Assembly: GCA_963783305.1 (NCBI GenBank)
Contig: CAWAMW010000002.1
Location: 832,001-896,000, forward strand
Length of the DNA: 64,000 nt
Reading direction: 5' to 3'
Source: an uncultured Gemmatimonadales bacterium
GTDB lineage: Bacteria; Gemmatimonadota; Gemmatimonadetes; Longimicrobiales; RSA9
Both the position numbers and the translations under genes were made by a program. Position 1 is the stretch's first letter; each line of letters opens with the position of its first letter. Below are positions 9,121 to 18,522 of this stretch, one piece after another. Under the pieces are notes generated by a model, which saw nothing but the letters and a program-made list of their open reading frames with translations, was not told where the DNA came from and made no database searches.

Positions 9121-10302
9121 ATGAGTCTGTTCGATAAGTGCTACGGGTACACGACGGCCCGGGAGGTCGAGGCCACCGGGTACTACCCGTATTTCCGGGC
9201 CATCTCCGAATCGCATGACACGGAAGTGGTCGTGGAGGGTCACCGGAAGGTGATGGTCGGCTCCAACAATTACCTGGGGCTCACGCACCACCCCCGGGTG
9301 CTGGCCGCGGCGGAGGAGGCGCTGCGGCGGTATGGCAGCGGCTGCACCGGCAGCCGGTTCCTCAACGGCACCCTGGACCTGCACGAGCGTCTCGAGGACG
9401 AGCTCGCGGCGTTCCTCGGGAAGGAGTCGGCGCTCGTGTTCAGCACCGGTTTCCAGACGAACCTGGGCGTTATTGCGAGTCTGGCCGGGCGCGGGGACCA
9501 CATCTTCAGCGACAAGTTGAACCATGCCAGCATCGTGGATGGACTCCGCCTCTCCTACGGGGAGTCCCACCGCTACGGGCACGCGGACATGGAAGGGCTC
9601 GAGCGTCGGCTGAAGAGCGTGCCGGAGGAGGCGGGCAAGATGATCGTCACGGACGGCATCTTCTCCATGGAGGGTGACATCGCGCCGCTCCCGGCCATCA
9701 CCTCGCTGGCGAAGGTGCATGGCGCGAAGGTGGTGGTCGATGACGCGCACGCGTTCGGGGTCCTGGGTCGCACGGGAGCGGGCACGGCGGAGCACTTCGG
9801 CCTGGTAGACGAGGTGGACCTGATCGTGACCACGTTCTCGAAGTCGCTGGCGTCCATTGGGGGCGTGGTGGCCGGCCCCGAGGCGGTGATCCACTACCTG
9901 AAGCACCACGCGCGTCCGCTCATCTTCAGCGCGAGCATGCCGCCATCGGCGGTGGCGACCGTGCTGGCCGCGCTGGACGTGCTGAGGACGGAGCCGGAGC
10001 GGCTGGAGTCGCTCTGGCGCAACACGCGCAGGATGCAGGCGGGGCTGAAGGACCTCGGCTACGACATCGGGGACAGCGAGACGCCGGTGGTGCCCGTGGT
10101 GATCGGCGAGCTCGACCGGATGCTCATGTTCTGGAAGGAGCTCTTCGACGCCGGCGTCTTCACGAACCCGGTCACTCCGCCGGCGGTGCCCGAGGACTCC
10201 TGCCGTCTCCGTATCTCCCTGATGGCCACGCATACGGACGACCACATCGACCAGGTCCTCGAGGCCTTCTCGCAGGTGGGCAGGCAGATGGCGGTCATCT
10301 GA
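9121..10302 (+). CDS. spt: Serine palmitoyltransferase (alpha-oxoamine synthase)
   Basis: YPYFRAI, MVGSNNYLGL, GSGCTGSRFLNGTLDLH, HASIVDG, DDAH, TFSKSLAS, IFSAS, RISLMATH resemble Bacteroidota-type Spt; adjacent to a bCerS-type GNAT. Confidence 0.85.
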   Translation: MSLFDKCYGYTTAREVEATGYYPYFRAISESHDTEVVVEGHRKVMVGSNNYLGLTHHPRVLAAAEEALRRYGSGCTGSRFLNGTLDLHERLEDELAAFLGKESALVFSTGFQTNLGVIASLAGRGDHIFSDKLNHASIVDGLRLSYGESHRYGHADMEGLERRLKSVPEEAGKMIVTDGIFSMEGDIAPLPAITSLAKVHGAKVVVDDAHAFGVLGRTGAGTAEHFGLVDEVDLIVTTFSKSLASIGGVVAGPEAVIHYLKHHARPLIFSASMPPSAVATVLAALDVLRTEPERLESLWRNTRRMQAGLKDLGYDIGDSETPVVPVVIGELDRMLMFWKELFDAGVFTNPVTPPAVPEDSCRLRISLMATHTDDHIDQVLEAFSQVGRQMAVI

Positions 10303-10304
10303 CG

Positions 10305-11453
10305 ATGCCCGAACAGGCCCACTCCCCGCTGACGGTGGTACCCGCGCGGGAGCGGTCGACCCGTGCACGCTTCATCGGCCTGCCGTGGGACATCTACGCC
10401 GGGGATGAGGCCTGGGTCCCACCCCTCCGCTCCGATGTGCGCAAGCTCATGGACCCGGCGCACCCCTTCCACGAGCACGCGGACGCCGAGTTCTTCCTGG
10501 CACTGGACGGGGACGGTAGGGCTGTGGGGCGGATCGCGGCGGTGGTGAACCGGCTGTACAACGAGTTCCACGACAGTCGAACGGGGTTCATCGGCCTGTT
10601 CGAGTCGGTGGACGATGGGAGTGTGGCGAGGGCGCTGCTGGAGACGGCCAGCGACTGGCTGCGGGCACGGGGGATGACGGAGGTCATGGGCCCGTTCAAC
10701 CTGTCGACCAACGACGAACTGTACTCGCCGGGGATCCTGCTGGACTCCTTCGACCAGCCGCCCGTCCTGCTCATGGCCCACAACCCGCCATACTATCGTC
10801 GACTGTTCGAGGAAGCCGGGTGGGAGAAGCGGAAGGACCTTCTGTCCTACTGGATGGAAGAGGAGACGGCCCCGCCGGAGCGGCTGGTGGAGGGGATGCG
10901 CCGCCTGGCGGATCGGGTGGACGGGCTGGTCGTGCGGCAGCTTCGTCTGAAAGAGCTGGACCGCGAGGTGGAGCGGATCAGGGAAGTGTACAACTCGGCG
11001 TGGGAGCGGAACTGGGGGTTCACTCCGCTGACCAATGCCGAGATCGAGCACCTCGCGTCGGATCTGAAACCCATCGTGGACGAGCGGTATGCGCTCATCG
11101 CCGAGGTCCACGGCGAGCCGGTGGGCTTCGCGCTCGCCCTTCCGGACTACAACCAGGCACTCCGCCACGTGAATGGCCGACTCTTTCCGCTGGGCATCCT
11201 GAAGCTCCTCTGGTACCGCCGAAAGATCAATCGGCTGCGCGTGCTCACCCTTGGCCTCAAGCCGGGGTACCAGCGGAAGGGCATCGATGCCCTCTTCTAC
11301 CTCAAGATCTATCAGAACGGGCTCGCCGCCGGTCTGCATCAGGCCGAGGCATCATGGATCCTGGAGGACAACTGGGGCATGCGGCGTGGGCTGGAGCGGA
11401 TGGGCGCCTACGTGTACAAAACCTACCGGGTCTACGGCACGGAGCTTGGCTGA
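10305..11453 (+). CDS. Tandem GNAT acyltransferase, bacterial ceramide synthase (bCerS) family
   Basis: FIGLPWDIY...WVPPL...HPF...VGRIAA...GFIGLFES...GPFNLSTN...HNPPYY...NWGFTP...SWILEDN...KTYRVY. Confidence 0.82.
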   Translation: MPEQAHSPLTVVPARERSTRARFIGLPWDIYAGDEAWVPPLRSDVRKLMDPAHPFHEHADAEFFLALDGDGRAVGRIAAVVNRLYNEFHDSRTGFIGLFESVDDGSVARALLETASDWLRARGMTEVMGPFNLSTNDELYSPGILLDSFDQPPVLLMAHNPPYYRRLFEEAGWEKRKDLLSYWMEEETAPPERLVEGMRRLADRVDGLVVRQLRLKELDREVERIREVYNSAWERNWGFTPLTNAEIEHLASDLKPIVDERYALIAEVHGEPVGFALALPDYNQALRHVNGRLFPLGILKLLWYRRKINRLRVLTLGLKPGYQRKGIDALFYLKIYQNGLAAGLHQAEASWILEDNWGMRRGLERMGAYVYKTYRVYGTELG

Positions 11454-12306
11454 CCCTTCCGCATCCCCCGTCGACCGGCTGCTGGGCGGCTACCTCCTCC
11501 TCACCGCCCTCGCGGTGGCGTTCCCGCACAGGCCGGAAGGCTGGCCAGTCCTGCTTTCCGCCCACCTGGCGCTGGGGCTGGCGCTCCTCGCGGGCGCTCC
11601 CCACCGGATCCAGGCGACCACGCGATCCAAGCCGATCCGCGTTCTCGTCGACTGGTACCCGCTGCTTCTCATGCCCGCGCTGTACTGGGAGCTGCCGATG
11701 CTTGGTGGCTCGCTCTGGGGCGGCCATTTCTTCGATGCCGTGGTCCAGAGCTGGGAAGCCCGACTGTTCGGCGGTCAGCCGAGCGCGGATTTGGCGGGGC
11801 GCTTGCCCTGGCTGCCGCTCTCAGAGCTGCTGCACCTCTTCTATCTCGCCTACTACCCCGTCATCTACCTCTTTCCGGCGGTGCTGTACATCCGTGGACG
11901 GAGGGAGTCGTTCCGGGCCACGGTGTTCGCCGTCATGTTCGGCTTCACGGCCTGCTACGTGGTCTTCACGCTCTTTCCCGTGCAGGGGCCCCGCTACCTC
12001 TTCCCCGCACCGGGCGGGGCTCCCGCCGATGGCTGGGTGTACCAGCTGACCCACCGGATCCTCGAGAACGGGTCCAGCCAGGGTGCGGCGTTCCCATCCT
12101 CCCACGCGGCGATCGCCGCCGTGCAGACGGTGAACGCGCGCCGATACCTGCCTAAGGCGACCCCGCTCCTGGCGCTGATCACCGCGGGGATCTGCGCGGG
12201 GGCGGTGTACGGCGGCTTCCACTACGGCATCGATATGGTGATCGGTGCGGCGTTCGGGTTCTTCCTGGGCTGGCTGGCGCCCTCCGCTCGCCGGGCGCTG
12301 GCGTGA
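11446..12306 (+). CDS. PAP2-superfamily membrane phosphotransferase, AUR1/IPC-synthase-like
   Basis: Multi-TM; FPVQGPRY, AFPSSH and HYGID (His-His-Asp triad); TTG start overlaps the GNAT stop. Confidence 0.8.
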   Translation: MADPSASPVDRLLGGYLLLTALAVAFPHRPEGWPVLLSAHLALGLALLAGAPHRIQATTRSKPIRVLVDWYPLLLMPALYWELPMLGGSLWGGHFFDAVVQSWEARLFGGQPSADLAGRLPWLPLSELLHLFYLAYYPVIYLFPAVLYIRGRRESFRATVFAVMFGFTACYVVFTLFPVQGPRYLFPAPGGAPADGWVYQLTHRILENGSSQGAAFPSSHAAIAAVQTVNARRYLPKATPLLALITAGICAGAVYGGFHYGIDMVIGAAFGFFLGWLAPSARRALA

Positions 12307-13046
12307 ACCGGCGACTCGGGTGGGCGGTGGGGCTTGGAACAGCGGCCATCACGCTTGGGCTCTGGCTCGTACTGGAGGGGCTGCCGTGGCCGTCCCGCTC
12401 CTTCACCGTGGTGCTGCTGGGGCCGCTCCCGGCGCTGATGCTGCTGCAGGCCCGGATGGTGGACCGCATGCCGCAGGAAGCGGAGCGCGAGGCGGTATAT
12501 GTGTCCTCGGCCGTCACCGTGTGGCTCCTGGCCGGGCTGGCAATGCTGGCCGCGCGCCTGAGCGGAATCACCCGTGAGGAGCTGCGACTCGTCGACCTGC
12601 CGGTCGGCACTCTCCTTCTCGCCGCCGGGGTGACCGTGGGAGCGGGTGTGGCGATCATGGCGGTGGGCAAGCTCGTGCGGGTCCCCGAGTCCGACCTGCT
12701 GGGGTACCTGATACCCCGGAGCGGCAGCGAGAGGATCGCATTCACCGGACTCTCCATCTCGGCGGGGATCGCCGAGGAGCTCGTCTATCGCAGCTTCCTG
12801 ATCTCGGCCGTCACCGCGGCGGCCGGGTCCCTCGCCGTCGGGGCGGCCGTGAGCGTGGGGGCATTCGCGATTTCCCACGCGTATCAGGGTGTTCTCGGCG
12901 TGCTGCGCGTAGCACTCCTCGGGCTCGTTCTCACGGCTCCGTTCCTGCTCACCGGCAGCGTCTATCCCGCCATGATCGCCCACGCCTCGCTCGACCTCCT
13001 GGCCGGTCTCGTCCTGGCCGACTGGCTCCTGCCCGACGGGGACTGA
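12303..13046 (+). CDS. CPBP (Rce1/Abi-like) intramembrane glutamic protease
   Basis: AGIAEELVYR, FAISHAYQG, AMIAHASLD; GTGA overlap with the PAP2 gene. Confidence 0.92.
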   Translation: MNRRLGWAVGLGTAAITLGLWLVLEGLPWPSRSFTVVLLGPLPALMLLQARMVDRMPQEAEREAVYVSSAVTVWLLAGLAMLAARLSGITREELRLVDLPVGTLLLAAGVTVGAGVAIMAVGKLVRVPESDLLGYLIPRSGSERIAFTGLSISAGIAEELVYRSFLISAVTAAAGSLAVGAAVSVGAFAISHAYQGVLGVLRVALLGLVLTAPFLLTGSVYPAMIAHASLDLLAGLVLADWLLPDGD

Positions 13047-13078
13047 GCCCGTGCTGGCGCCGCTATCGAGACGCCCAT

Positions 13079-13202
13079 GCGCTGCCGGGAAAGGTGGAGG
13101 AAACCCACCAGCGCCGCGTGGCGATCCGGGCCCGAGCGACACGGTGGGTCCCGTACCGGATCCCGAGCGGCCGTTACCAGGGTTTTCCTTCCACAGCAGC
13201 GC
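13079..13202 (+). other. Long interrupted intergenic hairpin (candidate structured RNA)
   Basis: Nested pairs GCGCTGC/GCAGCGC, GTGGAGGAAACCC/GGGTTTTCCTTCCAC, AGCGCCGC/GCGGCCGTT, GATCCGG/CCGGATC, GCCC/GGGT. Confidence 0.5.
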
Positions 13203-13262
13203 CCCGACCGACGCCGTAACATCCCGGTGTACCGCCGCGCCCGACCGCGGTGAGGTGTGGAA

Positions 13263-13279
13263 CCGGAACGACCATTGCG
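13263..13279 (+). promoter_or_regulatory. Candidate sigma54 -24/-12 promoter
   Basis: CCGGAACGACCATTGCG has GG-N10-GC spacing, about 70 nt upstream of the CDS at 13347. Confidence 0.4.
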
Positions 13280-13346
13280 CGTACAATTCGTGGGGCCGGG
13301 GGGAACCGGCTCAAGCGCGCAGGCCGCCAAGGGGAGGAACAGGCCT

Positions 13347-13757
13347 ATGATCCTGCGACTTTCGTTCGAAGAAATGACGGCGCTCAACTCCGCGGCGCAG
13401 CGGCTGTTCGACGCGACCGGTGGTGGGACCGTGCTGGCCCCGCCCGAGGCGATGGCGGAGCTGGAGTCCCGCCTTCCGCTGGAGGGCGACATCTCGGTAA
13501 AGACGCTGCCCGAGCAGTTCCGGCTGAGCGGTGCCGTCGCGATGATCCTCGACGACCTGAAGCTGCGCATGGACAGGTTCATCGTAGAGCAGTACGTGGG
13601 CTCCGAGGACGCGGTCAACGCGTACTTCGATTATGCCAACGTGCTCGCGGCCCAGGCGCGGCTCATGGGTCTCCGGCACGAGATGGAGGCCCTGGCGGAG
13701 ATCATGGCGGGCGACGATCCGGCCCAGCGACTGGAGGGGATCACGTTCCCGGATTGA
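13347..13757 (+). CDS. Hypothetical alpha-helical protein
   Basis: Strong GGGGAGG RBS; MILRLSFEEMTALN...ITFPD; normal codon usage. Confidence 0.8.
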   Translation: MILRLSFEEMTALNSAAQRLFDATGGGTVLAPPEAMAELESRLPLEGDISVKTLPEQFRLSGAVAMILDDLKLRMDRFIVEQYVGSEDAVNAYFDYANVLAAQARLMGLRHEMEALAEIMAGDDPAQRLEGITFPD

Positions 13758-13841
13758 CCCGGTGCGCGCGGCGCGGGACCTTGATCGGCCGGACGATGGG
13801 GATCGTCCGGCCGATCGTACATTCAGGGGGGACGGAGCGAC

Positions 13842-14561
13842 ATGACGGATCCGAGCACGGAGACGGTGCTGATCACGGGCGCCTCGCGCGGTCTCGGTCG
13901 AGCGCTTGCCGAAGCGTTCGCGGCGGCGGGCGCGCGACTGGTTCTCTGCGCCCGGGGAGAACGTGACCTGCTGAAGGTGTCGGAATCGCTGGAGCGGAGC
14001 GGGGCGGAGGTGGAAGCGGGCGCGGCGGACGTGTCGAACGAGGCGGCCGTTGCGGCGCTGGTCGCACGAGCGGCGGAGCGGTTCGGCCCGATCAACACGC
14101 TGATCAACAACGCCTCCGTCCTGGGACCACGAGTCCCCCTCCGCGAACATTCAGGGTCGGAATGGCGGAAGGTGATCGATGTGAACCTCACGGGGACGCT
14201 CGTGCCGATCCTCGCGGTGCTCCCCGGAATGCGCGAGTGCGGCCGCGGCGCCATTATCAATGTGTCATCCGGGGTGGGGAACACGCCCCGGCAGCGGTGG
14301 GGTGCCTACGCCGTGAGCAAGTGGGGCGTTGAGGCGCTGTCGAAGAATCTGGCGCTGGAAGAGGAGGACGCCGGCATTCGCGTCAACATCGTGGATCCGG
14401 GTCGCCTTCGGACGGACATGCGGCGCGAAGCCTACCCTGACGAAGACCCGATGAAGCCGGCACCACCCGAGGCGGCGGTGCCCGTGTTCCTCTGGCTCGC
14501 TTCCGACCGGTCCCGCGGCGTCACCGGCAAGCGCTTCCGTGCCCTCGAATGGGCGGAATAG
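13842..14561 (+). CDS. Classical SDR oxidoreductase
   Basis: TGASRGLG, INNAS, YAVSK, VDPGRLRT. Confidence 0.93.
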   Translation: MTDPSTETVLITGASRGLGRALAEAFAAAGARLVLCARGERDLLKVSESLERSGAEVEAGAADVSNEAAVAALVARAAERFGPINTLINNASVLGPRVPLREHSGSEWRKVIDVNLTGTLVPILAVLPGMRECGRGAIINVSSGVGNTPRQRWGAYAVSKWGVEALSKNLALEEEDAGIRVNIVDPGRLRTDMRREAYPDEDPMKPAPPEAAVPVFLWLASDRSRGVTGKRFRALEWAE

Positions 14562-14629
14562 GGCCGCGATTTCGCCGTGCACGAAACCTGCACACCCGCA
14601 GGGACAACTCATTGCAAGGAGCCCGACCC

Positions 14630-14971
14630 ATGAAGCGACTACGCGTTTTCACCCTCGTCGCACTGACCGCCTTCGTGGCCGTCGCGAGCGGCGCCTGTGC
14701 CCGCAACGTCATGCTGAACGAGGACGCCGGCCAGACCTACGCGGTGAACGTGATCAACCGGATGCCGCACGCCATGACCATCGCCTACGACGACGGGCAG
14801 ACCACCCGGCCGCTGGGCACGGTGGCGGCGGACCGGTCCGAGCGATTCGTGCTGGCCGCCGTGAGCGGCTCGACCATCACGCTGGTGGCCAGGGACGCGG
14901 CCGACACGCACACCGTGCGGAGGACGGTGACACTGTCTCCCGGCTCCACGGTGGACGTGGTGATCGACTGA
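14630..14971 (+). CDS. Small lipoprotein
   Basis: AAGGAG RBS; MKRLRVFTLVALTAFVAVASGAC signal/lipobox; beta-rich mature part. Confidence 0.75.
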   Translation: MKRLRVFTLVALTAFVAVASGACARNVMLNEDAGQTYAVNVINRMPHAMTIAYDDGQTTRPLGTVAADRSERFVLAAVSGSTITLVARDAADTHTVRRTVTLSPGSTVDVVID

Positions 14972-14985
14972 ATACCCGGCGCCAC

Positions 14986-17346
14986 CTAGCGCAGGTGGCG
15001 CTCGAAGAGCTCCAGGATCCGGCGGTACTCGTCGGTCCAGGAGGCGGGTTCCTCGAAGGCGTGCCCTTCGACGGGGTAGACGGCGAGCTCCCAGTCCTCC
15101 TTGCCGAGCTCGATCAGCCGCTGTGCCAGGCGCACCACGTCCTGGAAATGGACGTTGGTGTCCACCATGCCGTGGGCGATGAGGAGCGGGTCCTCGAGCC
15201 CTTCCGCGAAGTAGATCGGTGAGGACCGGCGATAGGCCTCATCGTCGAACTGCGGCAGGTTCAGGATACGGCCGGTGTACCAGTGGTTGTAGTGCGCCCA
15301 GTCGGTCACGGACCGCAGCGCGGCGCCGGCTGCGAAGTGCTCGGCCTCGGTGAACAGCGCCATCAGGGTAATGAACCCGCCGTACGACCCGCCGTAGATC
15401 CCGATGCGCCCGGGGTCGACCCCCTCGACCTCGGCCAGGTACCGGGCGCCATCCACCTGGTCGGAGAGGTCCTTGCCGCCCATGTGCCTGTAAATGGCGG
15501 TCCGCCAATCTCTTCCGTAGCCTTCGGAGCCGCGGTAGTCGATGTCCAGCACCGTGTATCCCTTCGACGCCAGGAGGTGGTGGAACATGTACTCACGGTA
15601 ATAGCTGCTCCAGCCGCGGTGCACGTTCTGCAGGTAGCCGGCACCGTGGACAAAGATCACGCCCGCGCCGTTGGGAACGCCCCCGACGTCGGCAGGTCGA
15701 TAGATCCGGGCCGGCAGCGCGGCGCCATCGGACGCGGTGAACCGGACGATCTCGGGCTCGATCCAGGGGAAGCTGCTCCACTCCTCCGTGGGCGAGACCG
15801 TGAGGCGAGTCATGGGCGAGCCCGGACGGTTCCGCATCGCGTATAGCTCCGGCGGCGAGTTGGCCGTGGAGTAGATGGCGGCGAGCCGGTCTCCATCGGG
15901 CGACGGCGTGACATCCCAGATCCCCGGCCGATCCGTGATCCGCGTACGGTTTCCGCCACGAATCGGCATGGTGTAAAAGTGGTACTCGTGCGGCGAGGCC
16001 TCGTTGGTGGTGAGGTAGAAGGCGCGCTCATCGGCGGAGATCCCGACGTCGTGAACCTCCCAATCGCCGCTGGTGAGCTGTCGGGGATCACCGCCCGCGG
16101 CCGCCACTGTGTAGAGGTGGGCATAGCCGGACCTCTCGCTCACGAACCATACGCTCTCTCCGTCGGGCATCCATCCCGCGCAGAACGCGCAGGGTCCGCC
16201 GATCCAGGCGCGGTCGTAGTCGTGGACGATGGTGCGGACCGCTCCGGTGGTGGCGTCCACGATGTGGAGCCAGCGGTGCTTGAAGTCGTAGGAGACCGCC
16301 TCGACCAGGCCCAGCGTTCCCGCCCGGTTCCAGCCCCGGAGCGCGATGAGAGCCAGGTCGGGGAGCTCGCCCTCGGGGAGGCCCACCGAGTCCTCGGCCG
16401 TGACCTCTACGTCCGGGGACAGATCGAGCCAGGTGATGTCCCCGGTGGCGATCTCCACGAGCCCCACCCGTGCAGTGCTCTGCCCGTCCCCGACTTTGCT
16501 CCGGACGTCCAGCGGCTGCGTGTAGCCCGACGCCGTGACGTAATCGGGCACCATGGTCTGGCGCTCGTCCTCCGCCCTGCGCCCCACCTGGACGAGGGCC
16601 CAGCGCTCCGTGGGGGCGACCATGACGCCCTGGAGCCGCTCCTGCTCGTCGATCCGGATCGGCTGCCGCTCCTCCGACTCCCGCGCCTCCCGTTCGGCCT
16701 CCGCCTCCTCCCGCAGCTCGACCTCGCGGCGGACATGTTCAAACAGCTCCGTCTGCTGCTCCTCCAGGTAGGCGGCCAACCCCTCCGCCTCGCGGTCGGG
16801 GGGTTCCGGCCCCTTGGTGATGGATGTCAGCTGCCGCAGTGTGCCGTCCTCCCGCGACAACGCGAACGCGGCGTCATCCCGGGTGAAATAGATGGTCTCG
16901 CCATCACGGCTGAATGTGGGGTCCCGCTCTGCGGCCTCCGTGCGCGTGAGTCTGCGGGTGCGATCGCGGCGGCGGTCGAGGAGCCAGAGGTCGCCCTGGT
17001 GGCTGACGACCTTCCAGCGGCGGTCGCGGGTCAGGTCCCCGGCGGCGAGGAGCACGCCGGCCGAGTCCATGTGCTCCTCCGAGACCTGTTCCGGCGTGCC
17101 ACCGCGGGCGGGAACGCGATAGAACTCGGGCTCCTCGAACCAGGGTCTTCCGCCCGCCTTCCAGCGGAAGTAGATCCACTCCCCGTCGTCGGTCCACCGG
17201 ACGAAGCTCGGGTCGGAGCCCACGTGCTCCGGCCCCCGCATGATGTTTTCGACGGTGAGCTCGAAAGCCTGGGCGTGGAGCGGATTCGGATGGCCGGTCC
17301 CGGCCAGGGCCAGAACCACCAGCGCGACGAGGGTGCTACGGATCAT
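14986..17346 (-). CDS. Secreted S9B dipeptidyl peptidase IV-like serine peptidase
   Basis: Signal peptide; beta-propeller repeats; GIYGGSYGG, HGMVDTNVH, EGHAF. Confidence 0.93.
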   Translation of the reverse strand: MIRSTLVALVVLALAGTGHPNPLHAQAFELTVENIMRGPEHVGSDPSFVRWTDDGEWIYFRWKAGGRPWFEEPEFYRVPARGGTPEQVSEEHMDSAGVLLAAGDLTRDRRWKVVSHQGDLWLLDRRRDRTRRLTRTEAAERDPTFSRDGETIYFTRDDAAFALSREDGTLRQLTSITKGPEPPDREAEGLAAYLEEQQTELFEHVRREVELREEAEAEREARESEERQPIRIDEQERLQGVMVAPTERWALVQVGRRAEDERQTMVPDYVTASGYTQPLDVRSKVGDGQSTARVGLVEIATGDITWLDLSPDVEVTAEDSVGLPEGELPDLALIALRGWNRAGTLGLVEAVSYDFKHRWLHIVDATTGAVRTIVHDYDRAWIGGPCAFCAGWMPDGESVWFVSERSGYAHLYTVAAAGGDPRQLTSGDWEVHDVGISADERAFYLTTNEASPHEYHFYTMPIRGGNRTRITDRPGIWDVTPSPDGDRLAAIYSTANSPPELYAMRNRPGSPMTRLTVSPTEEWSSFPWIEPEIVRFTASDGAALPARIYRPADVGGVPNGAGVIFVHGAGYLQNVHRGWSSYYREYMFHHLLASKGYTVLDIDYRGSEGYGRDWRTAIYRHMGGKDLSDQVDGARYLAEVEGVDPGRIGIYGGSYGGFITLMALFTEAEHFAAGAALRSVTDWAHYNHWYTGRILNLPQFDDEAYRRSSPIYFAEGLEDPLLIAHGMVDTNVHFQDVVRLAQRLIELGKEDWELAVYPVEGHAFEEPASWTDEYRRILELFERHLR

Positions 17347-17399
17347 GGAGTCTCTTGGTTCGGGTAGGACGAGCCACGAAGCTACCCCTGCGTCCGACC

Positions 17400-18509
17400 T
17401 CACTCAAGTCGTGCCGGTCCTCCATCGCCCAAGCTGATCCCCAGGTCCCGGGCGGTCTGCACGATGTCGGAATCCAGCGGCACCGTCTTCATCTGCTTGA
17501 TCGCCTCCTCCAGCGGGACCGCGCGCACGTCCGGCGGATCCAGCGCGACCATGGTGCCGTAGCTCTCATCGGCGACGCAGCGGACGGCCGCGGCGCCGAA
17601 GCGCAGCGCGATGAGGCGATCGTAGGCTATGGGCGACCCTCCCCGCTGCAGGTGCCCCAGGACGAGCGAGCGCGTCTCCTTGCCCGTGGCCTCGGTGATC
17701 TGGTGCGCGACACGCTCGGCGATCCCGCCGTACCGCGCCTCGCTCCCCGGCTGCGCCGGCTCCACAAGGGCCGTGTCCCCCTCCGCCGGCCGGGCCCCCT
17801 CGGCCACCACGACGATGGAGAACATGCGGCCGGCGGCATCGCGGTCCACGACCTTCTTGCAGACTTCCTCGATCCGGTAGGGGATCTCCGGGATCAGGAT
17901 CACGTCAGCGGTGGCACTCACGCCGGCGAACAGGGCGATCCATCCCGTATGGCGGCCCATGAGCTCCACGACCATGACGCGTTCGTGGCTCTCGGCGGTG
18001 GAGTGCAGTTTGTCGAGCGCCTCGGAGGCGGTCTGCACGGCCGTGTGGAACCCGAACGTGACCTGCGTGGCCGCCAGGTCGTTGTCGATGGTCTTCGGCA
18101 CTCCCACCACCGGGAGCCCTTTCTTGAAAAGCTCGTTGGCAATGTGGAGCGATCCGTCCCCGCCAATGGCCACCATGGCGTCGAAGCCGTGGCGGTTGAA
18201 CGCCTCGATCACCTCGTCCGAACGGTCCAGCACGTGGATCTTCCCGTTCTTCATCCGGACCGGCCACTCGAACGGGTTCCCCCGGTTGGTCGTCCCCAGG
18301 ATGGTGCCGCCGAGGTGCGTGATCCCCCGCACCGACTCCCGGTCGAGGTCCACCAGCTCATCCTCGCCCAGGAGACCGCCATACCCCTTCCGCACGCCGT
18401 AGACCTCCCAGCCACGGTTCAGGGCGGAAAGTACGGTCGCTCGTATCACCGCATTCAGACCGGGCGCGTCCCCGCCGCCGGTGCTGATGGCTATCTTCTT
18501 CCGCGTCAT
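17400..18509 (-). CDS. pfkA: 6-phosphofructokinase
   Basis: TGGGDAPGLNA, GGTILGTTN, IGGDGS, PKTIDND, ELMGRH, GHLQRGG. Confidence 0.96.
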   Translation of the reverse strand: MTRKKIAISTGGGDAPGLNAVIRATVLSALNRGWEVYGVRKGYGGLLGEDELVDLDRESVRGITHLGGTILGTTNRGNPFEWPVRMKNGKIHVLDRSDEVIEAFNRHGFDAMVAIGGDGSLHIANELFKKGLPVVGVPKTIDNDLAATQVTFGFHTAVQTASEALDKLHSTAESHERVMVVELMGRHTGWIALFAGVSATADVILIPEIPYRIEEVCKKVVDRDAAGRMFSIVVVAEGARPAEGDTALVEPAQPGSEARYGGIAERVAHQITEATGKETRSLVLGHLQRGGSPIAYDRLIALRFGAAAVRCVADESYGTMVALDPPDVRAVPLEEAIKQMKTVPLDSDIVQTARDLGISLGDGGPARLE

Positions 18510-18522
18510 TCCAGTGGGCTCC

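Noticed and set aside
9121..10302. BioF or Kbl call for the PLP enzyme
   Set aside because: No biotin or tdh genes nearby; the YPYFR and GSRFLNGTLD motifs and the adjacent bCerS-type gene favour Spt.
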